Source of the DNA: an uncultured Clostridia bacterium | Lineage (GTDB): Bacteria > Bacillota > Clostridia > Oscillospirales > Acutalibacteraceae | NCBI GenBank assembly: GCA_946539105.1 | Contig: CAMNHG010000001.1 | Span: 1-56,537, forward strand | Direction: 5' to 3' | Length of the DNA stretch: 56,537 nucleotides | Shown: piece by piece, positions 47,674 to 56,537 of the stretch | Numbering within the stretch: position 1 is the stretch's first letter | Layout: each line of letters opens with the position of its first letter | The notes under the pieces: generated by a model | Database searches by the model: none | What the model saw: only the letters and a program-made list of their open reading frames with translations | Told to the model about the DNA's origin: nothing | Position numbers and translations under genes: made by a program

Positions 47674-50600
47674 TTAAATTGAGAACGAGCCGTTAATGCG
47701 GCAGGTAAACTTAAAGCCCTTCTTGTTGTTCTCGCCGTCGCGGACATAGTCGCCGTAGAAGAAGATTTCGCCTTCGTCAATTCTTCTATACAGCAAGCCC
47801 CAGTAGCAAGCACCCGAGGCGTGGTGATACTGGAAGAACTGGTTAACAAAGTTCTGAACATTTACATTCTTCAAGTCTCTTGTGCCGCCCGAAGCCGAAG
47901 CGTAATCTGAATAGATATATCCCTGAGTTCCGTTTGACAGCTTAATCTTATACCAGTGAGAGCTGTAAAGCACGCCGTCAATAAACGTAAACGCGGTATT
48001 CTGCGACATAGTGGTAACTATTGAATAGTTCGTTCCTGCTCCGCTTCTGAGGTTAACGCCGCTGGCGTTTACAAAGCCTGCTCCGCCCGCAGATATAGTA
48101 CCGGCAGAACCGGTGTTGAGAAGCACGGACTGCAGCGATGAATCGTTATAAATAGCATACGATCCAACGTTATACGTAAAGCATACGAGCGCGTCAAACT
48201 GCCTCTGGTTAAACTTAATGCTGTTGCTTGTAAGGAACGAGTTGGTTCTTGTTGTATATCCGCCGGTGTTAACGGTCTGCACAAGGTAAGCATAAGCCTC
48301 GTAAAGATTAAGGTTATTGTAGAACATCTCGTTGGAAAGTACTACCTTGCCGTAGCCTACAGTCGGATCCGATGTGATCGAGTCGGCTGTTACCGATGTA
48401 AGGAAGCCCTCGTAGTTAGAGATGAGGTTGATAATTTGATCGCTTGCTCTGCGTTCACCGAGAACGGTTGTTGTGGTATCGGACGAGTTGGTAACAAACA
48501 CCTCTCCCTCGCCGCTGGTTTTTGTTGTAGCGTAGGTTGAGCTTGAGGCTGTTCTTGAATACGCCTTAATTGACCACTTGCCGGAGATATTGAGCACGTG
48601 TCCGCCTGCCCAAACCATGGTATTACCTACCTGCAGCTTACTTGTAGCCTGAACCTTATATGAGGTTGAGCCGTTTGAAACCATAAAGTACAGGTCTGTT
48701 TTTTCAAGGTCTGTAATCGCCTTGAATACTACGTTTGAGTTTTTGGGAGCGGAGTTCGGAGTCGCGTATGTAAAACGTACATTCTCCTTAGCCGCAACAT
48801 TGATTACACAGGTGTTCGCACCGCTTGAGGTGTACGCCGCGATTGTAACGCGTCCGGTACCCCTTGTGTCTACAACGCCGTTTTTAACGGTTGCAATGCT
48901 CGGGTTTGAAGAGTACCAGTTAACTCCGCCGGTGCTTGATTTAAGCAAAATTGACTTTCCGCATGGAATACTGCCGACGCTTCTGAGTGAAATGTTAACA
49001 TTGTTGGAGTTTTGCTTTACATAGATATTACAGCTTGCTGAGCTGCCGCCTGTTGAAGCGGTAATAACGGCACTTCCGACAGCCTTTGCGGTAACAACAC
49101 CGTTTGCGTCAACCGTAGCTACGGAATTGTTAGAGCTTGTCCATGTTACAGGCGATGAGCTTGTCGCGGTAATTGCGAGCTGATAGCCTGTGTAAATAGT
49201 GTTGCTGGTGTTAGAGAGCTTAACAGACGCCGACGGCGGGTCTGTTACGTGAACAAGACATGTAGCCGAACCGGTGCTTGTATAAGCCGAGATTGTAACA
49301 TAGCCGTATCCCACGGTCTTAACAACGCCGTTTGTAACGGTAGCTATTTTCGGGTTGCAGCTGTACCACTTAACGCCTGCTGTTGATGAAGTAAGGGTGA
49401 ATGAATTGCCCTTGTAAGCAAGCTGCGAGGTCTTTGAAATATTAACGGCTGTGCCGTTCTTAACATATACACGGCAGGTGCCTGATTTTTCGCCCGACTT
49501 AGCGGTGATAACCGTATTTCCCGCGCCTTTTGCAGTGACAACGCCGTTGGAGTCAACGGTAGCAACGCTTGTGTTTGAGCTTGTCCAGCTTACGTTTGTA
49601 ACATCGTACGCGGTAATGGCAAGCTGAGTGCCCTTGTATATTGTATTGTTGGTATTTGAAAGTGTAATCTGGGTTGCCGGGGGATCTGTAACCTGAACAA
49701 GACAGGTTGACGAGCCTGAGCCTGTATATGCCGAAATTGTAGCAAAGCCCTTGCCGACTGTCTTAACAACGCCTTTTGTAACGGTGACAACGTTCGTGTT
49801 GCTGCTGTACCAGTTAACTCCGGCGGTTGTTGATGTAAGGGTAAATGAATTGCCGAGATACGCAAGCTGGTATGATTTTGAAAGATTTACGGCGGTACCG
49901 TTCTTTACATAAACCTTACAAGCTCCGGTTTTATCGTCCGATTTTGCGTAGATAACCGCGTTACCCGCGCCGACGGCAGTAACAACGCCTCTGTAGTCTA
50001 CTGTGGCTACGTTGGTGTTTGAGCTTGTCCACGTTACCGAGCTTACGTTATATGCTGTAATGGCAAGCTGAGTGCCCTTGTAAATGGTGTTGTTAGTATT
50101 TGAAAGTTTAATTTTCTTTGTATCATCGGGCGGATCTACAACGTGAACCAAACAGGTTGCGGAGCCGGTGCTTGTATATGCGGAAACAGTAGCGTAACCG
50201 TTGCTTACCGCCTTTACAACACCGTTTGTTACGGTAACAACATTCGGGTTGCTGGTGTACCATTTAACGCCCGCGGTTGATGATGTAAGCGTAAACGAAT
50301 TGCCCCTGTACGCAAGCTGAGAGGATTTTGAAAGATTTACGGCAGTACCGCTCTTTACATAAACCTTACAAAGACCGGTTTTATCGCCTGACTTAGCGGT
50401 AATTGCTGTGTAACCGGCAGATTTAGCGGTAACAACACCGTTTGCGTCAACTGTAGCGACAGCGGTATTTGAAGATGACCACGTAACGTTTGTTACGTCA
50501 TACGCTGTAATCGCAAGCTGTGTGCCGTTATAAATAGTGTTGTTGGTATTTGACAGCTTAATCTCATTTTCTGCAGGAGCAGGCGGAGTAGGAGCGTCAA

Positions 50601-51378
50601 TAACCTGAACAAGACAGGTGTTTGAGCCTGTGCTTGTATAAGCCGAAATTGTAACAAAACCGTTGGCTACGGTTTTTACCACACCGTTTTCAACTGTGGC
50701 GATCGCAGGGTTACAGCTGTACCACTTTACGCCTGCGGTTGATGATGTGAGCTTAAAAGAATTGCCCTTATAAGCAAGCTGTGAGGTTTTTGACAGATTA
50801 ACCGCCGTACCGTTTTTAACGTAAACCTTGCAGGTACCTGTGAGGTTGCCGGATTTTGCGGTAATCAGGGTATAACCGGCACCTACGCCGGTAACAATAC
50901 CGCGGCTGTCAACAACCGCAACGGCATTATTTGAGCTTGACCACGTTACGTTGGATACGTCATAAGCCGTAATAGCAAGCTGTGTGCCGTTATAAATTGT
51001 ATTGTTTGTATTCGAAAGTTTGATTGTCGCTGCCGGAGCCGGTGTCGGTGCCGGAGCGGTTGCTTTTACAAAATCGCGCTTTACATAACCGGTTTTGTTG
51101 GTAGTCAGCTCTTTAATCCGATACCATTCCGAGTTATAGAGCTTGCCGTCTGTAAAGGTAACCTTTGTGTTCAATCTCATCTGCGTTACTATCGCGTAGT
51201 TAGTTCCCGCACCCGCGCGGAGATTAACGTAATCATCAGATATGTATCCGCTTCCGCCTGCTGTAGGCGTAGGATCGGCGGCGTTCGCGATTACGGGAAA
51301 TGCCGACGCAAACACTGACAACATAACAATGATTGACAGAAAAACGCACAATGACTTTTTCATGGTTTTTGTTTTCAT
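47674..51378 (-). CDS. Secreted cell-wall hydrolase: SH3b + ~10 Big_2 Ig-like domains + GH24 lysozyme with inserted SH3b
   Basis: Signal peptide (ANA|A); VNLRAGAG SH3; repeated WSSSN..VATVD..GVVTA; NYEGF...PTVGYG, QFDALVCFTYNVG and GLLYRRIDE. Confidence 0.85.
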   Translation of the reverse strand: MKTKTMKKSLCVFLSIIVMLSVFASAFPVIANAADPTPTAGGSGYISDDYVNLRAGAGTNYAIVTQMRLNTKVTFTDGKLYNSEWYRIKELTTNKTGYVKRDFVKATAPAPTPAPAATIKLSNTNNTIYNGTQLAITAYDVSNVTWSSSNNAVAVVDSRGIVTGVGAGYTLITAKSGNLTGTCKVYVKNGTAVNLSKTSQLAYKGNSFKLTSSTAGVKWYSCNPAIATVENGVVKTVANGFVTISAYTSTGSNTCLVQVIDAPTPPAPAENEIKLSNTNNTIYNGTQLAITAYDVTNVTWSSSNTAVATVDANGVVTAKSAGYTAITAKSGDKTGLCKVYVKSGTAVNLSKSSQLAYRGNSFTLTSSTAGVKWYTSNPNVVTVTNGVVKAVSNGYATVSAYTSTGSATCLVHVVDPPDDTKKIKLSNTNNTIYKGTQLAITAYNVSSVTWTSSNTNVATVDYRGVVTAVGAGNAVIYAKSDDKTGACKVYVKNGTAVNLSKSYQLAYLGNSFTLTSTTAGVNWYSSNTNVVTVTKGVVKTVGKGFATISAYTGSGSSTCLVQVTDPPATQITLSNTNNTIYKGTQLAITAYDVTNVSWTSSNTSVATVDSNGVVTAKGAGNTVITAKSGEKSGTCRVYVKNGTAVNISKTSQLAYKGNSFTLTSSTAGVKWYSCNPKIATVTNGVVKTVGYGYVTISAYTSTGSATCLVHVTDPPSASVKLSNTSNTIYTGYQLAITATSSSPVTWTSSNNSVATVDANGVVTAKAVGSAVITASTGGSSASCNIYVKQNSNNVNISLRSVGSIPCGKSILLKSSTGGVNWYSSNPSIATVKNGVVDTRGTGRVTIAAYTSSGANTCVINVAAKENVRFTYATPNSAPKNSNVVFKAITDLEKTDLYFMVSNGSTSYKVQATSKLQVGNTMVWAGGHVLNISGKWSIKAYSRTASSSTYATTKTSGEGEVFVTNSSDTTTTVLGERRASDQIINLISNYEGFLTSVTADSITSDPTVGYGKVVLSNEMFYNNLNLYEAYAYLVQTVNTGGYTTRTNSFLTSNSIKFNQRQFDALVCFTYNVGSYAIYNDSSLQSVLLNTGSAGTISAGGAGFVNASGVNLRSGAGTNYSIVTTMSQNTAFTFIDGVLYSSHWYKIKLSNGTQGYIYSDYASASGGTRDLKNVNVQNFVNQFFQYHHASGACYWGLLYRRIDEGEIFFYGDYVRDGENNKKGFKFTCRINGSFSI
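48790..51024 (-). repeat. Five intragenic tandem repeats of ~440-460 bp (two Ig-like domains each)
   Basis: Units start with LSNT(N/S)NTIY near 51021, 50559, 50109, 49662 and 49221; clear DNA-level similarity. Confidence 0.85.
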
Positions 51379-51476
51379 TTTTACACCTTCAATCAAAAAT
51401 ATGTAATTTATAAATTAATAAATTATATTATAACATAAAATTGCATTTATTGCAATTATTATTACCCGGGAAATAA

Positions 51477-52034
51477 TTACTTTTTTCCGTTTCCGAATAT
51501 CTTGGGTGAAATTATTTTTACGTAAAAAACTACCATTATTGTAATAGCTTTATCGTAAAATAAAAATATAATATTGCCTAAGATTAAGAATATATACGGA
51601 ACATACATTCCGAAAACAGTGTACTCCTCGGCGGAAATCCCCAGGACAAAGGTCGTAAAGAAAAACGCCGCTATGGCCGCCGCGTTAAATACGGCGAATT
51701 TTAACACCCATACCAAAACTTTGTTTTTTATCTTATTCTCAAAGATATTTTTTAATATCGGATAGTACCCGAAAAGCGCGATAAAGAACACAACCGCCTC
51801 TTTATCCGTCGCTAAAAAAGCCGACAGTACCGAAACCACAACATAAACCGCGAACGCCCATTTGCAGTCATACTCAACTACAACAGACACGAAAATTGCT
51901 CCGGCAAAAATAGGAAGCGCGTATGTTCCAATCGGGATAAATGAGGTAATAATCATTAAAACCGTTGAAATTGCCGCAATAATCGCGCAATAAGCGATTT
52001 TGAAGGTCTTTTTATTAACTGAGCTTTTCTTCAT
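51477..52034 (-). CDS. Membrane protein (DUF2232-like)
   Basis: Multi-TM; DKEAVVFF..FGYYPILK. Start MKKSS lies 2 nt after the J-domain gene stop. Confidence 0.6.
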   Translation of the reverse strand: MKKSSVNKKTFKIAYCAIIAAISTVLMIITSFIPIGTYALPIFAGAIFVSVVVEYDCKWAFAVYVVVSVLSAFLATDKEAVVFFIALFGYYPILKNIFENKIKNKVLVWVLKFAVFNAAAIAAFFFTTFVLGISAEEYTVFGMYVPYIFLILGNIIFLFYDKAITIMVVFYVKIISPKIFGNGKK

Positions 52035-52036
52035 AA

Positions 52037-52645
52037 TCAACAGGATCTGCAGCAGCTGCAAAGACAATCCGCGCACATAATCGCCGAGCAAATATCACAA
52101 ACCGAGCACGCGGTTGAATTTGTATTGGGATTTGTTGTGTATCCGCCGTAATTGTAGGCGCGCTGGGTATTCATATTGTTAACCGCAGTGCGGTATTCGG
52201 CGTTGTTCGGATCCATATTGCAGGCAGTATTAAAGTAAGTGTTTGCCTGCTCGTTAAAGCCCCTGCGGTACGCGCACATTCCCATAAGAAAATGCCATTC
52301 GGCATCGCGCTCATTTTGAGGAGTACTGTTAAGAATATTCTCAGCTTCATTAATCATATTGCGCTGAATATAAATTCTAACGCTGTAGAATTTGGAGTTC
52401 TGAGCGTTGTATGAGCTGTAGCCGCCGGTGCTCTGCGAGCCTGTACCCTTGCCTTTTTGGCGCATATTATTAATTTGGTCATACGCCTCGTTGACTTCCT
52501 TCATTTTTTCTTCCGCTACATCGGCGAGGGGACTGTTTGTGTAGTTATCGGGATGATATTTTTTAGCAAGCTCTCTGTATGCCTTTTTTACTTCTTCATC
52601 TGATGCGTTCGGAGAAACCCCGAGCACCTCATACGGATTGTTCAT
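52037..52645 (-). CDS. J-domain protein with TPR-like segment and Cys-rich C-terminus
   Basis: NPYEVLGV...KKYHPD; AEWHFLMG...MDPNNAEY; [23 protein letters not shown]. Confidence 0.88.
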   Translation of the reverse strand: MNNPYEVLGVSPNASDEEVKKAYRELAKKYHPDNYTNSPLADVAEEKMKEVNEAYDQINNMRQKGKGTGSQSTGGYSSYNAQNSKFYSVRIYIQRNMINEAENILNSTPQNERDAEWHFLMGMCAYRRGFNEQANTYFNTACNMDPNNAEYRTAVNNMNTQRAYNYGGYTTNPNTNSTACSVCDICSAIMCADCLCSCCRSC

Positions 52646-53489
52646 TTTTTACCTCCTGCCGTTTATTCAACACGGCATTTTGCTTATTTGGTAAGCCGTA
52701 TAACATAAAATTATCAAGAATCGCCTTGAAATCAATTATATCAAGCAAATTATAAGCGTCGTAGGCTCTGGCAAGCGACTGGCTCAGCACAGAACCGATG
52801 TAGTCTTGATCATTAATGCCGGACATAATAAACGGGTTGAAATTGCCGGACTTAATATCCTTTTCATAATCGTCCGCGGCGTCGATAAGATATACCCACC
52901 TGCCGATTTGATAGCCAAATTCACTTAGAACTCTCCGCTGAGAATCACTGCCGCCTTCGAGCGCGGCTAAGCCTGAGAGCATTCCCGCCGTTGGCTCGGC
53001 GGCCTTATCAACCGTTACATATTCATTATTTTCGGCGGCTTTTTGATTTTTCATCATCTCGCGGACTATATTTTCAATATCGGGAAAACACTTCGCTGCC
53101 TTCCTTTGACGACGGCTGAAAAACGGCTTGATGATTTTTAACGCGGTTCGCTTAAAAAAACCGCTGTCGTCAATATCATCAATCACCTTATAATAAGCAG
53201 AAATGACTGAAAGTGCCGACGCCTTGCTGTAGGCGTCGTCCTTACAAGCGGCAAATTTGCACTTTTTCAGAGGATTGAATTTGCACCGTCCGTCTGAAAA
53301 TCCTGTGCAGGAGCGTTTAAGCGACATAAGCAAAATCGTGTAAAATGTGCAGTCGTAGCTTAAAATAAGCCTTGTCATAAAGCCGTAGTCCTTGCCGAGC
53401 TGCCTGCACAAACCGCAGTAAACCGACTTATACGCCTCGTATTCTTTAATCTTTAGCTCATCCTTGAAGATTTGAAGATAGCCGAACAC
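52629..53489 (-). CDS. DUF5685 family protein
   Basis: MFGY, YCGLC, LSYD, DDIDD and [12 protein letters not shown]...FNP. Confidence 0.75.
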   Translation of the reverse strand: MFGYLQIFKDELKIKEYEAYKSVYCGLCRQLGKDYGFMTRLILSYDCTFYTILLMSLKRSCTGFSDGRCKFNPLKKCKFAACKDDAYSKASALSVISAYYKVIDDIDDSGFFKRTALKIIKPFFSRRQRKAAKCFPDIENIVREMMKNQKAAENNEYVTVDKAAEPTAGMLSGLAALEGGSDSQRRVLSEFGYQIGRWVYLIDAADDYEKDIKSGNFNPFIMSGINDQDYIGSVLSQSLARAYDAYNLLDIIDFKAILDNFMLYGLPNKQNAVLNKRQEVKNEQSV

Positions 53490-53639
53490 AGATTTGCTCC
53501 TTTTACCTTAATTTAATTATTATACTATATTTGTGCAAAATTTTCAATAGTTAGACAGGATTAGCGTTAATTTTTCTAAAATAGAAAAAATTTCGGATTT
53601 ATATGTGATAACATATAAAAAAACAAAACGGTGAATATT

Positions 53640-54203
53640 ATGAACGTTTACGACTTTGACAAAACTATATACAGCGGTGATTCCACCGCGGATTTTTACC
53701 TTTTTTCGCTGAAAAGGCATAAAAAAATAATCACTCTGGCTCCATCGCTTTTGGGTGCGGTAATGAAGTATTATGTTTTAAAAAAAGGGACAAAAACCGA
53801 CTTTAAGCAGGTTATGTACAGGTTTTTGCGTTACTGCGATATTGACAGGGATGTTGCGGATTTTTGGGAGATTAACCAAAGCAAAATCAAGAAATATTAT
53901 CTTAAGCAAAAGCGCGATGACGATGTAATAATCTCCGCCTCGCCGGAATTTTTGCTTGAACCTATCATAAAAAAGCTCAACATCGGCACGCTTATGGCTT
54001 CGCGCGTTGACAAGCACACAGGAATATACAACGGAATCAACTGCCACGGAAAAGAAAAGGTGCGCAGGTTTTATGAGGTTTTCCCCGACGGAAAAATCGA
54101 AGAATTTTATTCTGACAGCTACAGCGACTCTCCCCTTGCGGAGATTGCGGATAAGGCGTTTATGGTAGACGGCGAGAATGTGACAACGTGGATATTTAAA
54201 TAA
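53640..54203 (+). CDS. HAD-IB family phosphatase
   Basis: DFDKT, ISASP, GKEK and YSDSYSD motifs. Confidence 0.85.
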   Translation: MNVYDFDKTIYSGDSTADFYLFSLKRHKKIITLAPSLLGAVMKYYVLKKGTKTDFKQVMYRFLRYCDIDRDVADFWEINQSKIKKYYLKQKRDDDVIISASPEFLLEPIIKKLNIGTLMASRVDKHTGIYNGINCHGKEKVRRFYEVFPDGKIEEFYSDSYSDSPLAEIADKAFMVDGENVTTWIFK

Positions 54204-54238
54204 AAATCAGCTCCTCAGACGAGGAGCTTTTGCTTTTT
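54201..54238. terminator. Bidirectional terminator
   Basis: AGCTCCTC-agac-GAGGAGCT flanked by A and T runs. Confidence 0.7.
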
Positions 54239-54250
54239 TATAATCTGAAT

Positions 54251-55105
54251 TTAGTTGCAGCCGCAGTTAAACTTCGGAGAATTACCAAATTCTTCCTCGG
54301 CTGTTGCGGGAGGATAGAACGAATCTCCGGGAAAATCAATCTTGCTGAATGCCTCGCACGGATCGTCGCTTTGGTCTGTGCATTCCTTGCGCGGTACGCA
54401 GAAATCGTAGGTCGGGATAGTCAGCTGTACGCTTCTGCTCAGCTGAATAATAGAAAATACGCCAAGCGTTGTTGTTACCTGCTGGGTTGTAGGTGCTGCC
54501 AAAGCGGCTCCGAAAAATTCTGTAACGTTCTCAGGTACAAACGGAAGAATTACAGGCGTTGTGACAGGCGACAAGCCCGAGGCAAGCACCATGGGATATG
54601 ATACCTGAACCTCTGCTCTGGGCAAGGTTCCGCTTTCTGCCGTGCAGCAGTTAAACTCCGCAGGATCAATGGCGGCTTCAACGTCATCGCTCGAAAAGCT
54701 CTTTACATTTGCGTCGCTGCCGTAAAGAACCGCGCGCTTTGAGTAAACGGCGAGTCCCGTCACGCTTTCGGGCGCGCTGCCTGCGGCTGTGTAAAGCTCA
54801 ACAAATACCGCAAAGTAATAAACCACATCTACCGAGAAGTAGCCCCTGTGAAATGCCACGCTGTCAACATTAACAGTTGATGTGAGCACGCTTGCCCTTG
54901 TAACTCTGGCGGCAGCGGCGGTTTCTACCTGCTGTTGAACTTCGTCGGTAAAGAACACGGTTAAATCCCTGATGCAGTCCTTAGCACCACAGCTGTCATA
55001 AATTCTGTCTACATCGACGCATACCGGATCAAATTCCGGAGAGCTGTCTAAATCGTTTTTATAATCTGTTTGCTGTGTCTCCATAGCTTCAGATACTTCC
55101 GACAT
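54251..55105 (-). CDS. Conserved acidic Cys-containing hypothetical protein, possibly spore-associated
   Basis: CVDVDRIYDSC...IPTYDFCVPRKEC...DPCEAF; GGAGGT RBS; CATAAAAT mother-cell-type -10 upstream. Confidence 0.6.
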   Translation of the reverse strand: MSEVSEAMETQQTDYKNDLDSSPEFDPVCVDVDRIYDSCGAKDCIRDLTVFFTDEVQQQVETAAAARVTRASVLTSTVNVDSVAFHRGYFSVDVVYYFAVFVELYTAAGSAPESVTGLAVYSKRAVLYGSDANVKSFSSDDVEAAIDPAEFNCCTAESGTLPRAEVQVSYPMVLASGLSPVTTPVILPFVPENVTEFFGAALAAPTTQQVTTTLGVFSIIQLSRSVQLTIPTYDFCVPRKECTDQSDDPCEAFSKIDFPGDSFYPPATAEEEFGNSPKFNCGCN

Positions 55106-55184
55106 AAAAATACCTCCATAATAAGTATTTACAGGCTTTGCAACACTGTACAATACATTTTATGGAGGTGTTGTGTTTTGGTGA

Positions 55185-56408
55185 TTACGCGGTATATTTT
55201 TCAAGAACTTTTTTAAAATTGTCTCTGACCGCCTTGCAATCGGACGCGGTATGGTTTGTCAGAGTAATAAATATCTCGGATTTATCGGTATTATAAGAAA
55301 GTATCGACCCAAAAGCGTCAAACTTGCCGTCAATATATGCACTTTTGCCGTTCAGGTTAACTCCGAATCCATAGGCAGTTTTATTATCCTTTACCCCGGA
55401 AACCTGATTTGTAAACATCATATTAAATGACGCAGGAGTTAATACCTGACTGTTAAGTAATCCGTCGGTCCATTTAAGCAGGTCGGAAACGTTTGAAATC
55501 ATACCGAACGAAGAATATCCTACTCCTTTATAATTAAGGCTCTTTGTGTTTGAGCCCTTGTCGTAAGCATTCGCCATTTTTTCGTCCGGGATAAAACCTG
55601 AGCTTCCCATTCCGAGCGGAGTGAAAATATTATTCTTCAGATAATCCGAATACGCCATTCCGCTTGCCTTCTCAATAACTTCTCCCAACAGGAAGTAGTT
55701 GCTCTCGGACACATCAAATTTTGTGCCCGGGGCAAAAGCGAGCTGCTGAGATAAAATCCAGTCGAGAATCGCATTTTTATTTTCTTTTTCAGAATTATTT
55801 TCTTTAACGGCTTTATCCAGCTCACCGTGAAGGTAATTGGATGGTGTGGTTATGTCGTTATGCAAAACATAGGTTTTTATGCCGGACGTCATATTCAAAA
55901 GCTGCTTAACCGTTATCTTCTTTCCTGCCTCGTAATCGGGAAAATATTTTTCGAGGGTATCATCAAGACTGAGCTTCTTTTTCTCTGACAGCATCAGAAC
56001 AGCGGCGGCGGTAAACTGCTTGGTAATATTGCCTGTGTAAAAACGGGTATTGATTGAATTATCAATGTGTTTATCGCTGTTTGCCGCTCCCTTTGAGCTG
56101 AGATATTCAAAGTCGTTTCCGAGCTTCATATAAATTGAGCCGTAAAACTTATTTGTTTCCACAATCTTGTCAAACTGAGAGATTATCTCGCCCGATTTTC
56201 TCTTAATCGCGACAAAATTGTAGCTTACTCCCTGAGCTGAATCAGGCGTTGCGGGCGGTGATGTGGTAGGCGCGACTGTAGCCTGTACAGTCGATGCCTG
56301 AGTTACGGGCTCGGTCTCGGATTCTGACTCTGAGCCTGAATTGCAGCCGCACATCAACGCCGAGCCGGCGATTAACAAGCATAATAATATACTAATCGGT
56401 TTTAACAA
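55185..56408 (-). CDS. Beta-lactamase/AmpC-like serine hydrolase-fold lipoprotein with degenerate active site
   Basis: Lipobox MCGC; TKQFTAAA, ITVKQLLNMTSG, IFTPLGM and YGFG motifs. Confidence 0.8.
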   Translation of the reverse strand: MLKPISILLCLLIAGSALMCGCNSGSESESETEPVTQASTVQATVAPTTSPPATPDSAQGVSYNFVAIKRKSGEIISQFDKIVETNKFYGSIYMKLGNDFEYLSSKGAANSDKHIDNSINTRFYTGNITKQFTAAAVLMLSEKKKLSLDDTLEKYFPDYEAGKKITVKQLLNMTSGIKTYVLHNDITTPSNYLHGELDKAVKENNSEKENKNAILDWILSQQLAFAPGTKFDVSESNYFLLGEVIEKASGMAYSDYLKNNIFTPLGMGSSGFIPDEKMANAYDKGSNTKSLNYKGVGYSSFGMISNVSDLLKWTDGLLNSQVLTPASFNMMFTNQVSGVKDNKTAYGFGVNLNGKSAYIDGKFDAFGSILSYNTDKSEIFITLTNHTASDCKAVRDNFKKVLEKYTA

Positions 56409-56537
56409 AACAAATCACCTCTGTATAGTTGCCGAAATCCGGCGAATTACAATAAGCAAATGTGTTTTATGCGTATTATATCTTTTCCATCTTGCAGAAA
56501 TTTGCCATCAGCTTTTTAGTACCGGATTTTTCAAAGG

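Noticed and set aside
47674-48460. GH24 lysozyme as a prophage marker
   Set aside because: It is fused to a signal peptide and Ig repeats, with no integrase, holin or structural genes nearby.
56476-56537. Possible 3' end of an upstream minus-strand gene (…FEKSGTKKLMANFCKMEKI*)
   Set aside because: Too short at the window edge to support a call.

Overview
A 56.5 kb stretch of mostly core chromosome from a spore-forming, low-GC Firmicute. It carries spo0A, spoIVB, bofA and spoIIM, and its gene style suggests a Ruminococcus/Eubacterium-like Oscillospirales anaerobe (inference). Housekeeping content includes: a murD-2xM42 peptidase-GNAT-ynbB operon; a Fur/Zur-controlled Zn ABC operon; Trk/Ktr K+ uptake; a GATase-less GMP synthase; RNase P RNA; malic enzyme; a CCA-adding enzyme; a P-type ATPase; a pur operon with split PurH; secG; a pyrE-radC-uvrB-parE-parC run; and proC. 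No prophage, CRISPR array or transposase is visible. Items most worth a second look: (1) a three-layer nested non-coding mobile element at 43.7-43.9 kb (24-bp duplicated terminator > TIR-bounded MITE > REPIN), plus a second REPIN and an ERIC/Correia-like element; (2) a coupled DUF5685 / J-domain Cys-rich / membrane-protein operon whose first gene has terpene/prenyl-synthase-like Asp motifs; (3) a secreted SH3-(Ig)x10-GH24 lysozyme with an SH3 domain inserted inside the catalytic domain; (4) an orphan LexA-boxed 79-aa gene; (5) several enzymes with altered catalytic motifs (two serine hydrolases, PurF, a P-type ATPase). All family assignments come from motif recognition by eye, not database searches.
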